Positions 1 to 13,549 of a stretch of 64,000 nt of DNA are shown here, in pieces. The DNA is from Octopus bimaculoides. Lineage: Eukaryota. Position numbers and translations under genes: made by a program. The stretch spans positions 70,193,007 through 70,257,006 of the forward strand of contig NC_068990.1 in NCBI RefSeq assembly GCF_001194135.2, read 5' to 3'. The notes under the pieces were generated by a model. It saw nothing but the letters and a program-made list of their open reading frames with translations. It was not told the DNA's origin and searched no databases. Within the stretch, counting starts at the first letter, position 1; the number at the start of each line of letters is the position of its first letter.

Positions 1-368
1 AGTGTGATGGCAATAATGACAAGGATAAGATAAAATGACACTGATAAGATAGAGAAAAGCAAGCGAATAGAATGAAACAAGGAATACCTAGATGTTGATT
101 TCTTGAGGTTTAAACTCATTTATTCTGAATCAATAGTGATTTGTTAATACTTTTTTTTCTTAATGGCATCGAGAGGAATAACAGCATCCAAAATTTTCGA
201 GGCTGATGGCAGGAAGTTGTCCTCAAAGCGACCTATTCCAGATAGTTGCTATACAATGTGCTCTCCTAAAGGTGATCAAAGGGCCAAGTGATAGTATGAA
301 ACGATGCTGAATTATGCCTGTGACCCCAAAACAGGAATGTTTCCTTTGATGGAGCTTCTACAGTTTCT

Positions 369-600
369 TATTTCGTTATTGCCCACAAGGGGCTAAAGAT
401 AAAGGGGACAAACAAGGACAGACAAAGGGATTAAGTCGATTACATCCACCCCCAGTGTGTAACTGGTACTTAATTTATCGACCCCAAAAGGATGAAAGGC
501 AAAGCTGACCTCGGTGGAATTTGAACTCAGAACGTAACGACATTGAAATACTGCTAAGCATTTCGCCCGGCAGGGTAACGTTTCTGCCAGCTCGCCGCCT
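369..600 (-). mobile_element. Young tRNA-derived SINE with a Nin/Deu-like central domain
   Basis: Minus strand reads GGCGGCGAGCTGGCAGAAACGTTA..GAGTTCAAATTCC (A and B boxes), then CTTTGCCTTTCATCCTTTTGGGGTCGATAAATTAAGTACCAG. CpGs intact. 11-bp TSD CTACAGTTTCT at 358-368 and 619-629. Confidence 0.85.
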
Positions 601-2920
601 TAGCAGAAACTGTAGAAGCTACAGTTTCTGCTAAGCAAAAACTCTAGATTGGTTGAGTTGACATTATATAGCAACATATTTAACCAAAATCACATGGCTT
701 GGGAGCTAAATTTTTAATTCCACAGTTATGTATGCCTATGGAAAGCTCGAAAACAAAGTCAATACCAATGTGATTTGGAATCTAAACGCAGTACTGTAAG
801 ACTAATTCTCAGCTAATGTGCTTCACATAATCAAGAATGACTCCTTTATGGTACTTTATAGGACTTAACCTTAAGTCCTTAAAATGAGGACCCTTTCTTT
901 GAATCTAATTGATACATTAGCAATTTTCATAAAGAGAAATATTTTTTTACAGTTCAACTCACACCAAGATAAAAACTGTTTTAATCTCACTCAGAATGAT
1001 GATCAAAATGAAATTCTACTCGATACATATACTCAATTGTCTCATTTTCGGTCAAGGGGGTCATTGAAACCTGGCACAGTCCTCTGGCTCATCAAGCTCC
1101 TGTCAAACCATCTTAGAATTATAGTTTATATGTAAATGAGATGAGTTAAGTCAGCTCAAACTGAGCTAGCCAATGTTACTTGATAATTTAGTTAACTCAA
1201 AATTTGTGATGCCACTTACTAGCTTTTATATTATTCTCTAATTAAGGCCTTTTAGCACACTTCTAATCTATTCTCATATATTACATCAATCATGAGCCAA
1301 TTAACGTTCACTTTCAGAACTGCACAATACCAAGGTCGAACAAAGAAGTAAAATTCCATGAGACTTTAAAATATAACTTCTTTGAATGATGACAATGATA
1401 GGGATGTAAAAACTGAATTACTGATAAATTGTTCAATAGCATGCAAATGTTCTAAACTCCTGAAGGTGAGAGCCTATCATTAGTAAAAAAAAAAAAAAAA
1501 AAAGGAGAGGGAGAGGATTAAAATAAGGAACCTTTCTTGGGTGACAAAGTTGGTAAGTACAGAAGTTGAATTACATTCATCATGACCAGCCAGGATCTCC
1601 CATTTTCCCCAGTTCAACTCTGCATTACATCTCTTTGTACAGTTAGATTTTAGTATTAGAAAAATCTGTTCTTTCAGCATTCTTATGTTGTTTTGATGAC
1701 AAGTATATTGTTGTAAATTTAATTGATTCCCTTTTCAGTATTTCGGGGAATATGGTGAAGTCTATGATTGACTGAGGATGATCAGAATCATCTCCAACTT
1801 GCTGAAAATGAATCAAAACAATGATTCCTTTTCCTGCTGTATAAGTCTTTTTGACTTTTGATGCTCTCTGAAATAATAGGTTGGCATTTGTTTTATCATG
1901 CAAGATGGTGCCTGCTTGAACATTTCCCCTGGTACTTTATTATTGTCTTAGAATTAAATTTTGTAGGTAAACACGGTTCTTTCTCCATGCCAACTACCAC
2001 CATGATCATTTATTGTCTGTATGCTGGAATGGTCTGGATAATTTGATAGGAGCTTGCAAGCCAGAGGACTGCAAACTCCAAAGTCTTTTGCAAACCAGGT
2101 ACTTTTCATGTAGCACTGGCATTAGCAAGATCACCAAGTAACTTCCAAGTAGCTTTATGCCAGGTGACGAGAGGTTAAAATACAATAAAACAGTGACAGG
2201 TGTGTAAAATTTAAAATACGAACAACCAAACATGATTCTTCCATCTAACCCTAGTTGTTGATGCACTGACAATTCTTACATGAACACAGTTTAGAGAAAT
2301 CTGTAGCTGATGAAAAACAAAAAATTTTAATTGAAAACCCACATGTCAAAGTCCAGGTTTAGGATCTACACAGATTTCCACAAAAATCAGGTTTATTCAC
2401 ATAATTACATTTTTTGTTTGTTTTTTTTTCTCCTAAATCTGATGCGAATTTCTATGGCAACCATTTGAAAGATGCACAACATAAACACAAAACGCACCAG
2501 ACTAATAGATACATGACTGTAGAAATTTGTGGCTATTTTTGTTTTTAAAAGAGGACAAATAATAGGGTACAACGGAAGCAAAATCAAATTTGAAAGCAGT
2601 AATTGTGAACTTTTGAGGAAATGAAAAAACTGAGTTCATTCAATTACAAAAAGATCTGATTTACAACAGAGGAATAAACTTAAAAGAATTTTTCTTTTAA
2701 AATAGAATAAGAATCAATTAAGAAATAAGAAAAGGGGAATGTTCCAGAATATGAGACTTTATCCATTGTCTTCACCATACAACAAACTGAATTTCAGGAT
2801 ACATTATTACATGAATATCTCATTTTTGACACAATGTGGCACCTTTAAAAATGTTGATACATTTCAAACAAGGAATTTTAGGCTTTTTGATACTGGCTTT
2901 GATTAGTTCACTATGGTTAT

Positions 2921-3240
2921 AGGTGCAGGCATGGCTATTTGATTGAGATAGTTGCTTCCAAACCATGTAGTTTCAGGTACAGTCCCACTATGTGATCTTA
3001 GTATCTACAATAGCCCCTAAGGCCAACCAAAGCCGAGAGTGGATTTGGTTGATAAAAACTGAAAGAGGCTTGTGTCTCCTTAACTCCACATCATGTAATG
3101 GTTGAAAAAGAGTTGTCATTGTCATTCATTTCCACAAAAAACATGTGTGGTGATGGAGGGTGACAGGAAGGGTATCCGGCCATAAAAAAATCTAGCTCAA
3201 ACTCCATCTGGTTCACACAAGCAAAGAAAAGTGGAAGTTA
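2921..3240 (+). mobile_element. tRNA-headed CORE-like SINE with an RTE-type tail
   Basis: GGCATGGCT..CAGTCCCACT..GGCCAACCAAAGCC..GGATTTGGT..AAACTGAAAGA, then the GGAAGGGTATCCGGCC tail also found at RTE 3' ends. Confidence 0.75.
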
Positions 3241-4101
3241 TAAAATTCACACTATTTTATACTTGATTTTTAACTGAAAAACCTGGGGGTTTACTGATAC
3301 ACTAGTAAATATAGTGTGTGTACACACAATGTTTTGGAAAAGTTTTCAAGAATACGTCCATTCACTGTTACTGAGATAACTGAAAATGTGTACACATTGA
3401 GCTATCTGGTCACAATATATTTTTGCCAGTAACTAAGAGTGTTTAAATATAAAGCAACCAAGATGATGTCGCGGTACCAAAGTGGCTAATACAATTGTTA
3501 ATGCTTAGTACTTTTGTCAACCAGAATGGTTTCTCTCAATATAGATTTAAATTTTTATATTACTGATTCTTGTATGGATCAAATCTCTTCACCTCTCCTG
3601 TAACAATATGGTAGTTCTTATAATATATTTGTATCTGATGGGGGAGCAAGAACTCCTTCCTCCATTTACTGTGAACAGAGAGCATTAGTTCCCTGAATTC
3701 ATTTTCAAATTCCTATTCAATTGAATCTTATTTTAGTCTCTACTAATCAATATTCAACTCCATTTTCTGCAGGTCGATGCCTGTAAGGATTAACGGAATT
3801 AAAAGGAAGTAGTGTTGAGGAGAGAAGATTACCAGATTTTGGTAATGAGACAATAAGAAAGACTAAAAAGGATTGTAAGATGCTTGCTAGTTTGGAGGTG
3901 CAGCATCGTTAGTGGCAAATTGATTTCCAACAATGGTACAAGGTCACCAAACTGGGGTGGGTATAATAAACTTACCCCAGTACTTCACCAGTACTATATT
4001 TTTTTCAACCCTAAAGAAATGAAAAGTAACGAGGACTTCAGCAGTATTTGAACTCAGAAGGCAGGTGGCTAGAACTAAATTACTTTTGTTTCACAATTTA
4101 A

Positions 4102-4308
4102 CCCTTTTGATACTAACCAAAGACCACAAGATTCCATAATACAAACTTCCCGTTTTAAAGTGATTTAAATTAAAATCTTTCATTACAATTTCATGTTAAT
4201 TAGTGTTCCAAACATCAGTTCAATAATGAGGTTATTCAACCAAATTCTTCATTACTCTCAATTGACTTAAACAAAGGCAGCAGTGTATTTCAGAAATATA
4301 ACAAAGGG
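4102..4308 (+). mobile_element. TTAA-flanked piggyBac-like MITE, family 1
   Basis: TTAA|CCCTTTTGATAC..AACAAAGGG|TTAA. Homologous copies at 25132-25342 (reverse), 31247-31450, about 30418-30630, and partial at about 26760-26880 and 27505-27660. Confidence 0.75.
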
Positions 4309-6026
4309 TTAATAGTTTCAGTGTTGTATGCAAACTCCTGAAATGAGTACGAGGACTGTATGAAGTGTACAAAGGAATAGCATCTTTTAAACGCTTTCCA
4401 GAAGGTTTGTGTATAGAAGATGTTACCTCCCACCATCACTTGGACCATTACTCCAATATGTGGTACATTTGTGCTTTGTAAAGGGCCAGCAGATGTTTTG
4501 AGCAGAATTTGTTTGTGGGCTTAAAAAGAAAGACCCAGTCTTTCAGAAGCCGTCATAGCATTGTTATCAAATATATGATCAACATGAAAGATATGCATTT
4601 GTAGCAACCTCAAGAAAAGGTAGGCTGTTTTTTAGAGATGGTTTTCTTGATGTATATCGTGACGTAATGCAAGTGTATGGATTGTATGGATGAAACCTAT
4701 ATATGAAAGGCCGAGGAGCAAAGGATACCTCTACCACAATGAAATTAATAGCTAGTATATAGTAGATGAAGCATGCGAGGGACATGACTGAGCTGAGGAA
4801 TATAAGAGTTAATGGAATGTGGATGAAGAGGAAACTTCCACAAAGAAAAGGAGACAGTTGTCCAAGGGCTACTTTTCTAGTAGATTCTTGTACTATGCAG
4901 AAAATAGGTTTCTTGATATAAAATGAAAACCACAACACAGTTTTTTTTCTGAAGTAGTTAATGAAAAATCACAAATGTGATTGCTAATAAAAAAATTACC
5001 CAATACATTTGCTCAACAACAATGATGATAAAGGAGGTATCATTTATGAGCATATATCACTGAAATACAGCATTTGTGGGCAGTTGGTGGGCAAGAGTGA
5101 TAGCAGTAGATGAGATATATAGCTAGAGAAATGATAAATGAAGTGTTTATCCAAGAAAGGAATGCAGTAAGATTGGTTACCCAAATAGACACATGGTTAG
5201 AGGCGTTAACACAGAAACTGTGTGCAAGATTGCCCAGCAGGTAGGGCCTTGAGAAAAGTGAATATAAGAGGAATTTTCATGTGTTTATCGCGCAAAGTGA
5301 AAATGGAGGCAAAGCGGGCAGCAACTGTGATGGAATTACTGACAGAAGCATATATAATTAGGAGTTTGAGAAATGGTAAACAGAATTAGGTAAAGGTCGT
5401 AGAAAACAAGAAAGCCTAGCTGTAGTTTGGGGAGGGAGAGAGAGAAAGGTTTGAAATGAGGATGAGTAATACATGATATTTTTTGGTTTTTCTAGTCATA
5501 TAACAAGACATTATGGTGACTGAATACTCCACCTTGTTGGAAGCAGAATCAATGTTCTTCGACTGTATAGCAGCAGCACACTTTCTCTTTCAGTATTAAT
5601 GTCTTGGAGGTAACTGAACTTAGCTAAATTCTAGCAAGTCCTCAGCTATCCACAGTCATTGGCCATATCACTTCATGTATTAAGTTACTATGTGATTATG
5701 CATGCACATGTTAAATATGTTTCTGAAAACTTTCTCTAGATTCCTAAACTACTAACACTATGAAGGGAGATGGGTGTGAGGAAGGAACATTGGATGAATT
5801 TTCTCCAGATTGCAATTATTTCCCCTCTTTAATGAAATGCCTCATTTCATTAAATGAATAAGCCACAAGTCATGTCATGCTGATAATTTTGAAAAAGAAT
5901 GAAATAATGACATATGATTACCACCAACTAGAAATTTTAAGAACTTTGTAATTAAAAAAAAAGTGAATTCTATGCAACTTTTCTCTTAAATCCCTTAATT
6001 TGAAATTCAAATTTCTAATCCCTGTT

Positions 6027-6240
6027 AGGGTAGTGAGCTGGCAGAATTGTAAGCACACTGGATAAAATGCTTAGCAGTATTTCTTTTGGCTTTACATACT
6101 GAGTTCAAATACTGCTGATGTCAACTTTACTGTTCATTCTTTTGCAGTTGATAAAATAAGTACCAGTTGAGTACTGAAATTGATGTAATTGACTTTCCCA
6201 CCCCTCTCAGGCTCTGGTGCTTATAGTAGAAAGAATTATT
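6027..6240 (+). mobile_element. Older copy of the same Nin/Deu-like SINE
   Basis: GGTAGTGAGCTGGCAGAATT..GAGTTCAAAT..GATAAAATAAGTACCAG. Further decayed copies at about 3918-4080(-), 9817-9950(-), 10030-10215(-), 34148-34358(+) and 34372-34550(+). Confidence 0.8.
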
Positions 6241-8444
6241 AGCAGCAATGTATCATTAGTAAAAACTGGGTCTTTCTAGCCACTTAAATCACATTTCTGG
6301 TTATAATATTAATCCACTTTAGTGCTTCTTTAGCTAATAGGTCTTGCAGATTGAGAAGTTTTATTTTGCTGCCAGAATAAAAAGACACTGTCAGTGAGAA
6401 GTATCAATGATTTCAAGTAACCAATGATAAAGTCTAAGACAGACAGACCCTTTATGTCTTAAATCCAAAGAAGGAATGAACTAAAATTAAAAGTAAATTT
6501 CAACAGCCTTGTGTTTGTTTGTATGTCAGTATGCAAGTATCAGCTGGTTTCTGATGTCTTGCAATGCTGACAGGTATTGGTGGGAAGAGAAAGAGTCAAA
6601 GACAGATCTAAATCAACTATGGAATATGGGAGAGAAAAGTGACACATTTAACAGAGGGGTGAAAAGATGAATTAAGACCTACTGGCAGCATGCAAAATAC
6701 AGTAAGTATCTGACTAAGCTTACCTGCATTGGGGGGTCCAAAAGAGTTGACTGTTAAGGAAGGAAAACAAAAAAAATATTCTACTTGTTTTTCTTAGAGC
6801 ATAGTTGGATTACATTTTGAAAATAGCAACCAATCTTGAGAAAGGTACCATGTCAGCAAGAGTTTACATGTCAATAAGGGTTTAGATAAGCATTTTAGTA
6901 TTAAATTGAGTAGTTGAGAAAGATGCTCAAAAATTGTTAAACTCCAAGTAAGTTTCATTATATTTAGGTAATTCTCTGCAAAGCATTTTAACATTAAACT
7001 GAGTAGTTTTATGAAGACAGTCAAACATCAGTAAACTTGAAATTAATTCCATTATATTAAGATAATTCTCTGAGCTAAATTGTCTTCATTGGAATCTATG
7101 CCTAAAAGATGGATAAATTATCAGTAAATCTATTAGAATGGCACCAACAACACATTTCAATTACTTAGTGTGTTATGGTTCTGACTATCTACTATGTAAT
7201 TTCTTTTACATTTTAAGTCTTTTTTAAATTATCATAATAGAGTTGAAGAGCTTGCAAATCTGAATATTTGTACAAATAGTCTTAGAGAAAGAAACAAAGA
7301 AAAGAAAAAAGGGGGAATTTTATTACATTCATTTTTCTTCATATTTTACAGCAATATGCTCATTCCACTGACAATTATTCAGGAATAGAAATGGAGTTAG
7401 TTCTACCATTCAGTCAGGTGAATCTGTAGTAGGCAGAATTAGGTACCTTGCTCAAAATGGTCCAAAATAACAGCCAAGATTCAAATTTATACCTGGTCAA
7501 TCACCCAGTAACTTTACCTCATAGCCATCATGCCTCAAATATGTGTGTGTGCGTGTAAATTTCAAAAGTTGGAAAAGGCTGTAGGATTCAGCAAATTTAA
7601 ATAGAACAAGCTTGTTCTGAGATTGGAAGGAATCGTATTTGTATGCATTTAGTCTTGCTGTAAAATTAAACAATGGTAAGATATTGATTGCGTGTGAGCT
7701 TGGAACAAGACTAAATACATACTGATGACTAGCCAATGCTATCTTGGTTACTCTAGTAATTCTAAAGACAGGTAACCAGTTTTATATATAAGTATATATA
7801 CCCTTGTGTAAAACATATACACCACACCTTTATACACTTAATATTGTGGTGTTGATGCCAACCAATCTGCGATCACCTCTGGTCCTACCATACAAAACTA
7901 ATTCTATAAGATATTTTAACGAAAATCTCCAGTCATAGCTTCATTAAATTTAAACTGTTTTTGAAATATAACTTGACAAGTGACTTAAATACAGCTATTT
8001 TACTAATTCCTTATAAAATTTTGATTATTTTCAAAGTTAATCGAAGAACACAACCAATGCATTCCATTAGAAATTTAGTAAGGAAAGTTTTAGCACCAAG
8101 CTAAGTTTAAATCAAGTTTAAAAAGATGTAAAAAGCAAATAACAGAATGCTTTTGAATAAGAAATTTTCATTAAAAATTAAAAGAAAAACCAATGAGAAA
8201 GGCTATCAAACTGATTAGTTTTGATATAAAAACGTCTAGTTTTTAAATGCTATTGAATTAAAACAAGAGTGCAGTGAGAAAGACCAACTTGCTTTTAGTA
8301 ATATAAAAGTTAGTATATCTCAAAATGAGTTGACAACAGTTAATTGTGATTTCCATTAAATTCTATTGTAAACAGATCAAAAACTAGCAACAAGAAAATA
8401 ATTCATCCTTCATGAAGCCAAAGAATAAAATTCTTGATACTAAC

Positions 8445-8543
8445 CATAAGGACCTTCTTCACCCAAAGCACCTTTGTTGGCAATCTGAGAGACTTCCTCG
8501 TTTATGTCTACTCCAGCGGCTTCCACATCCCAAGTGCGAAATC
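8445..8543 (-). CDS. futsch: MAP1/futsch-family protein, coding exon 2 (G-FRTWDVEAAGVDINEEVSQIANKGALGEEGPY-G)
   Basis: Acceptor ttttctgtttccag and donor G|GTTAGT. 99 nt, phase 1-1, open frame. GFRTWD..INEEV matches the MAP1 GIRSWD..LDQEL block that follows the exon-1 motif. Confidence 0.88.
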
Positions 8544-9261
8544 CTGGAAACAGAAAAGGTTATAAAAATCAGTATTTCTATGAAAATAACACTTTGAAGA
8601 AATATGGCATATCATACAAACATTGGCAGACATAAAATAAAGAATATAATAGCTTAGCAAACTAGTAGTTCACTGGGCAGTATTATGATTAATCATTTGT
8701 GAATAATTGAAAAATAATATATAGTAGAGGAGCCAGAAGAAACAAATTCTGATGATGAAAGATTGAACTAAATACGAAAAATATTGCAATTTTTCCTTTT
8801 GATGAGAAAAATGTAATAAAGCCCTGAAAACAGAACTAAACTAGAGTACAATATTTTAAGACTAGAAGTAAGGGTAATGCCTGTGATCTCTTTGCAGGGT
8901 CTTGAAAAGTAGTGGCAGTCAAGAAGCAGAAAGGTAACTCGATTGGTATGGTAGAAAGTAACACAAAGATATCTTTAAAACTAGGTCAACAGAGCCCAAC
9001 ACTCAACAGGCTTCCAGTTTCCACCATCCAGAAATAATTTACACTAAAAGTAACCTCAGCACAATCTGAAGTGTTGGTACAGGTTCAATATGACTGCTCA
9101 CATCTAAACACACATGAAAAACTTATTTCATAAAGCATTAAAAATGTTCGCCTATTTTTTAATCTCAAATTCTTTCAACATGGAAGTAAAGAAGAAAAAA
9201 AGGCAGCATTGACCAGGAATTTCACATATTAAACAAATTCTCTTTAGATTTTAGTACATGT

Positions 9262-9557
9262 ATCTTCAGTCATGACTGGCCATGCTGGGATACCACCGGG
9301 CAGTGTTTAAAAGGAACAAAACTTCAATACTTATTCTAGTGGTCTCTTTTGCCAAATCATTAAGTTATGGGGATGTAAACAAACATCAATTGTTGAGCAG
9401 TGATGGGGGACAAACATGGTTTTCATATACCAAATTCACTCACAAAACAGTTACCCTGGGGCTATAATAGAAATTTGCCCAAGGTGCCATGCAGTAGAAC
9501 TGAACCCAAAATCACATGGTTGCAAAATGAGCTTCTTAAGCACACAGCCATGCTTGT
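9262..9557 (-). mobile_element. CORE-like SINE, near full length
   Basis: Plus strand shows TTGCCCAAGGTGCCATGCAGTAGAACTGAACCC..CACACAGCCATGC. Similar decayed copies at about 12781-12921 and 20885-21150 (two in tandem), all minus. Confidence 0.75.
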
Positions 9558-11825
9558 GCAATACATTTCTATAGTCTGTTCACATTGCCATTGTGATTCA
9601 TATTATTATTATTATACAAAAATAAAGACATACACAAAAGGCTAGAAGTGTTTAATCCTGTTCATGAGTCAACTTCTCATAAACCAGAAAATATGTGGGA
9701 CATGAAAATCATGAAACATTCACCTTTATACTTATTCAATTACCACTCCCAAAATCTGGGCAGGTATTTACAGCTATAGCTGTACTAGTCAGAAAGTAAG
9801 AAATACCATATAAAATATTGGTTTCAAATTTTTGGCACAAGGACAGCAATTTTGAAGAAGACTAGTTGATTACAAAAAACCCAGTGCTTGAATATGCTTT
9901 GACTATGAAAGGATGAATGGTGAAGTTGACTGCTAGGATTTGAACTCAGTGGCATCTCTTCCAGCTCTTTTCTTCTAAGTATTTCGTTCCATGTGTTAAT
10001 GATTATGCTTGTGCATTGCCCTTAATAATGGTTCTAAGTTTTTGCAGGCCAGAAAACTTACGGGGGTAGGGAGGTCATTATATTGACTCCAGTCTTCAAC
10101 TGGTATTTTGACCCCAAAAGGATAAAAAAGTGAAGTAGCATTTTAACTCAGAATGGAAGAAATACTGCAAAGCATTTTTGTCTGATGTGTTAATGATTCT
10201 ATCAGCTTGCTACCTTAATAATAATAGTAATAATCTTATTGTACACACTGCTCAGGTGCTGAGAAGTTGCTTGAGTGAATGACAATTTGTATCAAGGTTT
10301 CAATGAAAAATTGAAGTTAACAGGAAATGTTGAAAGGTTTTAATTTAGAACACTTTAAACAAAATTTATGTAGAGCCAATGGTCAGTATCAAAAAAAGAG
10401 ACTTACACTGAACTTAAAGTTGTTTGGTAGTAACACAATTCTCATTAAACTAAATGAATTTGGTTTTTCAAGGATAGTGCCAAAGCAGTTAAAGTGTTAC
10501 TTTTGTACATTAAATTGGGATTAAAACAAAGTAGAACAAATGCAAACAGCAAAAAACTTCCTTGAAACCAACATGATTTAAATGTAACTTTCTGCCAGTT
10601 TACACCAAAATTCAAATGAGACTGCTATTAGCAAACTTCATACAAAACCCTCAAAGTTTGATCACTGGAGGACCATGCTACACCAAACATAACTGCAGAC
10701 CCTTCTATTCTTAAATAAATCACAGTTGCCAGTTTAAGTATGAGAGTACTTGTGGAAACATGTCCAGATGAAAGCAGTGTCTGGAACTGCTTCAAAACAA
10801 GCTTTCATGTATTGAGGGTGTTTTTGTTATCTGCTTCTGGGAATAAACAGGAACAAAGCTGTGCAATTAAATAAAGAAATTGATGCCAAGACCTTTTCAC
10901 ATAGAGTTGCAGGAAGGATTTTGCCAAAGAGCAGACTTGAAAAGCTACAGATTTTAACCCAAGTATTCACATGACTGGTATAATATAATTAGTATATTCT
11001 CTTCCTCTCCACCAGAGAGGGAACATGAAATGTTTGTTTTACTTGGAGAAAACAATTTACAGAAAGTAATCTTTGCAGTTGTGACCTCCTATTCCTAATC
11101 AATGATTTTTCTTCTTTAAATTACGTTTTAATTACAACTACATGACATTATTAAGAAAATATTACCAATATTATTGAAAAAGAGATGAAATTGAAAATAT
11201 AAAATAACCAAAGCAAATTTAAAAGGGTCTACATAAAAGTTAAATTTGTGTGCATGTTGATTTAAAATATTTTTATCTCTATCAATAATACACCCAACAT
11301 TTACATTGCAGAGCATTAGTTAATTTGAATAATTAGATAGGAACAGCAGGTATGCTGTTACATAGATGTTTGAGTAAACCTTTAAAATATAAATACTTCC
11401 CTAATCTTATCACTCCTTGAAAACCATATTTTCTTACCAGATTCCTTTGACAGAATTCATAAAGAAAAGTTATGACTTGGCAAAATGCCAATGAATTTAA
11501 ATAAGGAATTTTGAAGTTGGTCCAGGTGTTAAAGACTGATAAAGCTATACTGGTATTTGGAGAATCAAAGGAAATCTACTCATTCAAGAATCTTTGTTCC
11601 AAATCCACCCAAAATTCCAGACAAGAATTTTTAATGGCTTTTAGATAAGAGGAAAAAAATGTTCCCTTTAGTTAAGGGAGCTACATCACAAAACTCCCTT
11701 AGTAAAACATACTGCAGTTTGCCTCTCTTGAACAAGATAGATTAAAAACAGGAATGTCAGGAAGGGGTGGATTGATAGCTCAGATGGGTGTTAGTTTTCT
11801 TCCTTCTGCCTTTTTTCATCAGATA

Positions 11826-11827
<2 letters not shown>

Positions 11828-11922
<95 letters not shown>
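11828..11922. repeat. (TG)n microsatellite
   Basis: Uninterrupted TG run. Confidence 0.98.
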
Positions 11923-11924
<2 letters not shown>

Positions 11925-13549
11925 CACTTAAAACTAACAAATAAGTTTACATTAATACAAACGCCATCAATCAAACAATACAATTTTTTAAAAATGCTTT
12001 CTAATTTAGGCACAAGGCCAGCAATTTTGAGGATAAGGAGCAAGTGAATATATTCTATTTTCAATCCCAGAATGATGGAAAGTGAAATTAACTTCAATGG
12101 GATTTGAGTTCTGAATGTAAAGCACCATATCTTCTTACTCTAAAATCAATTTAGGGTAAGTCCACAGGGTACAACTAAATTATTGCACCTGTAGATGGGA
12201 TACTTGTCATACCTAAACTAAGGAATAATCTCCCCTACTTTTCTTAACCAGAATTGACCATTAAGCCATTCTTTTTCCTCTTCACAAGATTACAGATGCA
12301 ATTCTAACATCTTGGCACGAACCTGAGGACAAAGCACTGAATGCAGTTTTAATTTTAATTAAGGCTATTATTTGCTCCAATAATAGACCTATTGAAGGTC
12401 ATACTGTAGCCTTGTCCTCATAGGTCCCCTTTTGCTGAATTAGCTGATATAACAATGAGGTACCTCCTAAGTCAGCAAATCTTTTTGAACCTTTAAATGC
12501 TGGACTGTTACAGATATATTTAGCATTGTTTTTTAACACCCATTTTCTAAGCTTGCACAGGTTCAACAGAATTCTTTGAAACAAATTTTCTCAGGCCAGA
12601 CGCCCTTCCTGTCACCAACTCACTTCTTTCCAAGTAAGGTAATATCTTCCCATGGCTAGACGTTACCACAGAAAACTGGAAACCAACAACACCATGCATG
12701 ATGGTGATTGTTTACAATTTTCATTTGAAAACAAGGAAACAGTGACACAAACACGCATGCAAACACAAATATAAACTACCGGCTTTTTTAAAGTTTCTAT
12801 CAAAGTCACTCACAGGGATTTGGAGCTATAGTAGAAAACATTTGTCCATGATGCTATGCAGGAGAGTAAATCTGAAACCATGTGGTTGAGAAACAAACTT
12901 CTCAACCCGACAGCCATACCTGTACCCATATATTTTAGATTGAGGTAAAAGTATAATTTTTGTTTTCTGTAATATGATAGAGCAGGGAGATTTTTTTCTC
13001 GAAAGTTTACTATGCATCACTCCAATTAGTCACTCTAAACCTGTTAGAAATAAGTGAAATTTCCCTCAAATTTTACACGGACTTCAAACAAGTCACATTT
13101 GATAATTGAGGCCCAGACAGACTGTTTTAAATTAAGATGTGATGGCCACACCACTAGAAGAACCCTTTGATCAAATGTCAGCTCGATTAGGAGTAAGTTG
13201 GTGTAAGACTAAAGTCATTACCAAAGTAGAGTTACTCAAAACAGAATTCAGTTATATTTTCAGAGACAAATTATTTTAGAATGGAAAACTTTAGCAATAA
13301 AACATTTGAAGAAAAAAAAAAGTCGGTTATATATTTCTAAAAGGGATACAAGTCGAAAATAAAACAGTCCTTTAAATGCAGACATACACCGCCATGCCAA
13401 CTAAATTTGGCAATTTCTGAGCCTAGTTGCATGTCTGTATATGTACATAGATGTAAATGGTAAAGTTGCACAAAAATGATAAATATATGTAGGTGGGGGC
13501 TTCAAGGATCTAGCAAATCCCAGCTATATATATTTTATAGTCAAAATTA

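Noticed and set aside
1520-2270. Cluster of ORFs with fragments such as MQDGA and GKGIIVLI
   Set aside because: Weak resemblance to either an ITm transposase (+) or an RT (-), with many stops. I could not assign it, and it does not match the expected MAP1 exon 3.
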